Below, piece after piece: positions 60,166 to 64,000 of a stretch of DNA of 64,000 bases. Origin of the DNA: Opitutales bacterium (GTDB taxonomy: Bacteria > Verrucomicrobiota > Verrucomicrobiia > Opitutales > UBA2987); assembly GCA_965226885.1 (NCBI GenBank), contig CBDDEL010000010.1, positions 96,001 to 160,000 on the forward strand, written 5' to 3'. The notes under the pieces are model-generated. The model saw nothing but the letters and a program-made list of their open reading frames with translations. It was not told the origin of the DNA and searched no databases. Position numbers and translations under genes: made by a program. Position 1 is the first letter of the stretch. The number at the start of each line of letters is the position of its first letter.

Positions 60166-61490
60166 TGACGTGTACTGGATTTGTTGGACACGGGATTCTC
60201 TTATATTCATTGTTTATTGATTAGTGTGTCAGGCGGCTTGTTTTGGTAAAGGGTTTTGTTTTCTCGTTGCCCCCCATGGGGGGCAAATATTTTCCTCGAA
60301 TTGGACTGGGCTTTGGTAACTCAGAGAGGAATGTTTGCGATATCGGTTGTAGAAGATTTCCACGTATTCGAAGACAGTTGATCGCAGTTCGCGCTCGTCG
60401 GCAAAGTGGCGGCCTCGAATCGTGCTGGTCTTGAAGCGGCCGTAGAACGATTCCATGGCCGCGTTGTCGTAGCAGTTGCCTTGGGCGCTCATGCTCGGCT
60501 TCATGCCTAGTTCAGAGACCAGCCTCTGATAGTCGTCGCTGGCGTAGGGGCTGCCCCGATCGCTGTGATGAATAATCCCGGTGCGCAGTGTGCCGCGGGT
60601 CATGGCCGCGGCTTTGAGGGCCTTGCCAACCAGCTTCGCGTCGTTGTGGTTGGAAACGCTCCAGCCCAGCAGGCGTCGGCTGAACAGGTCCATCACCGTG
60701 GCCAAGTACATCCAACCGGCCAGGGTCCGTAGGTAGGTCGTGTCCGCCACCCAGACCTCGTCGATATGGGTCGGCTGGCCATGCTTTTTAAGCACATTGG
60801 GGCTGTAACCATAGGGATGGTTACTGTTGGTTTTTAATGGCTTAAAGCGTTTACTCTGGGTGCTTTTGATTCCCATTTCACGCATCAGACGCAGAGCCCG
60901 GTCACGGCCGCAATCGATGCCCTCATCATCCTTCAGATGGCGGTGCATTGGCCGATGCCCATAGCGGCCCTTGGCCTCTTTGTGTACCTTCAGGATCGCC
61001 CCCTTGATTCCCTCGTCCTCGATCCGCCGGGCCGAGGGCGCTCGGTGCCTCCAGCAGTAATAGCCACTGCGACAAATCCCCATCGCCGAGCATATTTCCT
61101 CGATCTTGAAGCGCCCCTCGTTGTCTTTGACAAACTGGTACTTCATTGTTCGTCCTTGGCAAAGTAGCCCACCGTTTTTTTTAGTATCTGGTTGATCCGC
61201 TCCGAGCGGCGCAGCTCTTTGCGAAGACGATCTATCTCGGCCGCCATCTCCTTCGGACTGCTCTGTCGCTTTGAGGTGGCTTCGCCCTGCTGATCGTCCA
61301 GATAGAGCCTCTTCCACCTATACAATTGGTTGGTGTTGACCCCAAGTTTGGTCGATACCTCGGTGGCGCTCAGACCATCGAGTATCATCAGTTGAACTGC
61401 CTCATTTTTGAACTCTATACTGCGTCTTCTTCCCATGCTTCGATTCTCCATTTAGGAGAATCTCGTGTCCACTTTTTCCAGTGCACATCA
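60166..61490 (-). mobile_element. IS3-family type A copy 2
   Basis: TSD TAGA; orfA 61451-61143, orfB open to 60229. Confidence 0.94.
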
Positions 61491-62356
61491 TAGAGGCATT
61501 GGGGCAACTGGCGAAGGGCGGTGATTATAACGTCTGGAATGAGGCCTTGGCAGTGGGGGTGATTTTCCCGAATCCTCAATGAACGCTTGTCGCCAGCATA
61601 GAGGGCGGTGCGAAAACCGGTTTGTGCGGCGGGGAGAATGTCGTTGAGAAGGTCGTTGCCGAGGTAGAGGGTTTGCTTTGGAGCTATCTGTCTTTTGGCA
61701 AGTTCATTTCTTAATTTGGCAAAGAGGCTAACTGAGGGTTTGGCTTCGCGCTCAAGGTAAGACCACACGCAGAGGGTGGGGTCGAAACATTGGGCCAGGT
61801 TTTCTTTTTCCCTGAAATATTCGAGCATCAAGGGGGTGTAAAATTGGGCGTTGGAAACGATGCCGAGGGGCAATCCCGACGCCCGAAGTTTAGACAGGGC
61901 TTGATGAATTCCCGGCATGGGCCAGACGGGGTTGGCTTTGCATTCGTAGGTGAGGGCAAGGGCTTCAATGGCGTCCGGAGGGATGTTTTGGTGTAGGCTG
62001 TGGAGGAAATCTTGCCAGACATCCCGTATTTCCACTTCTGGATGCTCAATGCATTGGGATCTGCGGCGCTGCCAGGCGGCCTTGATTTGAGCCTGAAAGC
62101 GGTTGGACAGTGCGGCGGAATTTTCGTCAGGGTTGAGGCCAACGCTTTGCAGGCTGGAGCGCATGGCTTCGGCCTTAGCGGGGTCATTTTTTTGGTGCGT
62201 TCCGATGTCGCCGGAGCCTGAAATGAGAAGCGTTCCATAAATATCGAAGGCGACCGCCCGGATGTTGGGCAATTTTTTCAGACGGGGCTCCAGGCCGGTC
62301 GGGATGGGCTGGAGGGGGAAGCAATTTTCTTTGATGATGGCCGACTGGTCGCTCAT
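61415..62356 (-). CDS. HAD-superfamily hydrolase (C-terminus extended into IS3)
   Basis: FDIYGTL, IVSNAQFYT, KPS, YLGND..NDI. Confidence 0.88.
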   Translation of the reverse strand: MSDQSAIIKENCFPLQPIPTGLEPRLKKLPNIRAVAFDIYGTLLISGSGDIGTHQKNDPAKAEAMRSSLQSVGLNPDENSAALSNRFQAQIKAAWQRRRSQCIEHPEVEIRDVWQDFLHSLHQNIPPDAIEALALTYECKANPVWPMPGIHQALSKLRASGLPLGIVSNAQFYTPLMLEYFREKENLAQCFDPTLCVWSYLEREAKPSVSLFAKLRNELAKRQIAPKQTLYLGNDLLNDILPAAQTGFRTALYAGDKRSLRIRENHPHCQGLIPDVIITALRQLPQCLYDVHWKKWTRDSPKWRIEAWEEDAV

Positions 62357-62359
62357 CTT

Positions 62360-63820
62360 TCAATTGCGCAAGAGGGAGAAGGATTCAGGGGCGAGAAAAC
62401 CGTCGAGCAGTTTTTTGGGGTCGAGGGCGTCGATTTTTTCGACGGGCTGCTCAAGGAGGTTTCGATAAAGCATTTCGAGGCGGACGCCGTAGGAATCCAG
62501 GCTGTAATTTTCCGTTACGATCCGTTTGTTTTCATGGAGGCGTTTTTCGCCCGGGCCGTCGCCGAGAATGGATGGGCATAATTCGGTGCGGAGTGGCGGA
62601 TTTTCGAGGAGGGTTTTAATGACTATTTCCTGCAACGATTCGTCGAGCCGTCCGAAATCGACACGGTCTTTTTTGACAATTTCATTCAATGCTCGTTCGA
62701 GAGCCTGTTCGGGCGGATTTCTACCGTAGGCTGGATAAAAATTCTCAATGGCCGTCTGGAGGCGTTGGCGGAGTTGTTGCCGGCCCACCCATGGCAGGGG
62801 AATATCGAGCCGTTGATAGAGATTTGAAAGGTCGATGCCGAAATCTGCAGTGATATCCGGCAGGTTGCGGCCCACGAGCGGCTTAGACAGAAGGCAGGGT
62901 TCCAAAAAGGCCATGCCGAAGCCCTCCGCAACACTGGTGGTGATCAGGCGGTGGGAGGATTCGAGCCATTCCGAAAATGAACCGCCGTGGCTTTCGATTA
63001 ATCCGAAATGGGCGGGCAGACAGAGTTCGTGACTGAACTGCACCCAGCGATTGTGGCAAGATTGCCAGATGGGATTATCGGGAACCAGGGTGGTGGCGAA
63101 AGATTCGTCTTTTTCGGCCAGGGCAGCCCAGAGGAGAAATTCGCCGAGGTTTTTACGCCTGATGCCGCGTGTTGGGTAGAGGGTGAGGCGCATTCCTTGG
63201 AAGGCTTGCAGGGCATCCTTTTTCCCACCGTGGCCGAGTTGGGATGGTGGCAGGGAGACAGGATTGGGCAAGACATGCAATTGTTCTTTGGTCAATCCGG
63301 CCTTGGACAAGATTCCGGCGTCTCGGGGGTTGAGAACGGCGTAGTGGATTTGGGGGGCCGAGGGGTAGGGTATTTTGGCCGGTTTTTGATCCCATTTAAT
63401 TAACAGATCGAAAAGGTGTCGGTAATTGGCGGGTCGGCCGTCCTCTGGAAAATCATGCATCTGCAGGAGGAGGCGATGCCCATTTTCGGCCAGTAAACGG
63501 CAGGCGGCGGGGAGGGCGGGATTTTTGCCCAGGGAATGGTTGTGGAAGTGCCAGAGGTCGGGCGGGCCTTCCAGCCGGGCGCAGGCGGATTGTTGGAGGG
63601 CATTATAAAGTTCCCGGGGAGCGGGCGTGGCGGAATTTTCGGTATAACCGAGCCCTTCGACATATTGCGACTGGGACAGGCAGGATGTTGGGGCGGGTTC
63701 ACCATGAAGAACTACGGCATGAATATTCCGCCGGGCGAGGGCGGCGACGGCGTTTTCGATCACCCGTGAGACCCCGCCCGGTCTGAGGTGATAATGGACA
63801 ATGGCGACCTTTGGAGACAT
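62360..63820 (-). CDS. GT-B glycosyltransferase-like protein
   Basis: HYHLRPGGV..VI, HNHSLGKN, R.IRRKN.GE, TTS.AEGFG..FLEP. Confidence 0.75.
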   Translation of the reverse strand: MSPKVAIVHYHLRPGGVSRVIENAVAALARRNIHAVVLHGEPAPTSCLSQSQYVEGLGYTENSATPAPRELYNALQQSACARLEGPPDLWHFHNHSLGKNPALPAACRLLAENGHRLLLQMHDFPEDGRPANYRHLFDLLIKWDQKPAKIPYPSAPQIHYAVLNPRDAGILSKAGLTKEQLHVLPNPVSLPPSQLGHGGKKDALQAFQGMRLTLYPTRGIRRKNLGEFLLWAALAEKDESFATTLVPDNPIWQSCHNRWVQFSHELCLPAHFGLIESHGGSFSEWLESSHRLITTSVAEGFGMAFLEPCLLSKPLVGRNLPDITADFGIDLSNLYQRLDIPLPWVGRQQLRQRLQTAIENFYPAYGRNPPEQALERALNEIVKKDRVDFGRLDESLQEIVIKTLLENPPLRTELCPSILGDGPGEKRLHENKRIVTENYSLDSYGVRLEMLYRNLLEQPVEKIDALDPKKLLDGFLAPESFSLLRN

Positions 63821-63824
63821 GCCC

Positions 63825-64000
63825 TTAAGAATCCGGCAATCCAAATTTACGGCGGTAGGCGGGAATCGTGATCATGGGCGGGCGCTCCTCCTCTACGATT
63901 TCATTGACGACCTGTTTGTAATGGCGGTGTTGGGCCTGAAAATGCCTGTAAAGGGTGCTTATTTCCGAATCTTTTCCAACAAAATCGTCTTTCTCCAAGC
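63825..64000 (-). CDS. 3' end of an unidentified CDS
   Basis: Open frame from the window edge to a TAA 4 bp before the next ATG. Confidence 0.5.
   Translation of the reverse strand, partial: LEKDDFVGKDSEISTLYRHFQAQHRHYKQVVNEIVEEERPPMITIPAYRRKFGLPDS

Overview
Bacterial chromosomal window, probably Verrucomicrobiota/PVC (inferred from protein styles, not verified), undergoing an insertion-sequence expansion: roughly 40% of the window is IS DNA from at least 9 element types (IS5-like, IS630, two IS1380 types, IS1, IS21, two IS3 types, ISL3), often nested. The backbone carries an amidohydrolase + NCS1 permease, a DUF3450-ExbB-ExbB-ExbD-TonB-TPR operon, an NhaC-type transporter, dnaK-groES-groEL, exoD, nadD-rsfS, tyrosine phenol-lyase, and a glycosyltransferase-like/HAD pair. 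Accessory content: (i) an IS-split internalin-like LRR gene; (ii) an apparent ISEcp1-style IS1380 transposition unit (33351-38917, 5-bp TSD CTATA) carrying a TonB-dependent receptor, plus a second likely capture at 52096-54982; (iii) an integron integrase split by IS21 with a candidate attI and a truncated lipoprotein gene; (iv) a tRNA-Thr(UGU)-centred integrative element with a decayed tyrosine integrase, AlpA-like protein, primase-less SF3 helicase, HUH rolling-circle Rep, RHH protein and serine resolvase, punctuated by five copies of the 16-bp palindrome TCTTTAATATTAAAGA. Short tandem duplications are frequent throughout. Protein calls come from motif recognition by eye; no database search was run.
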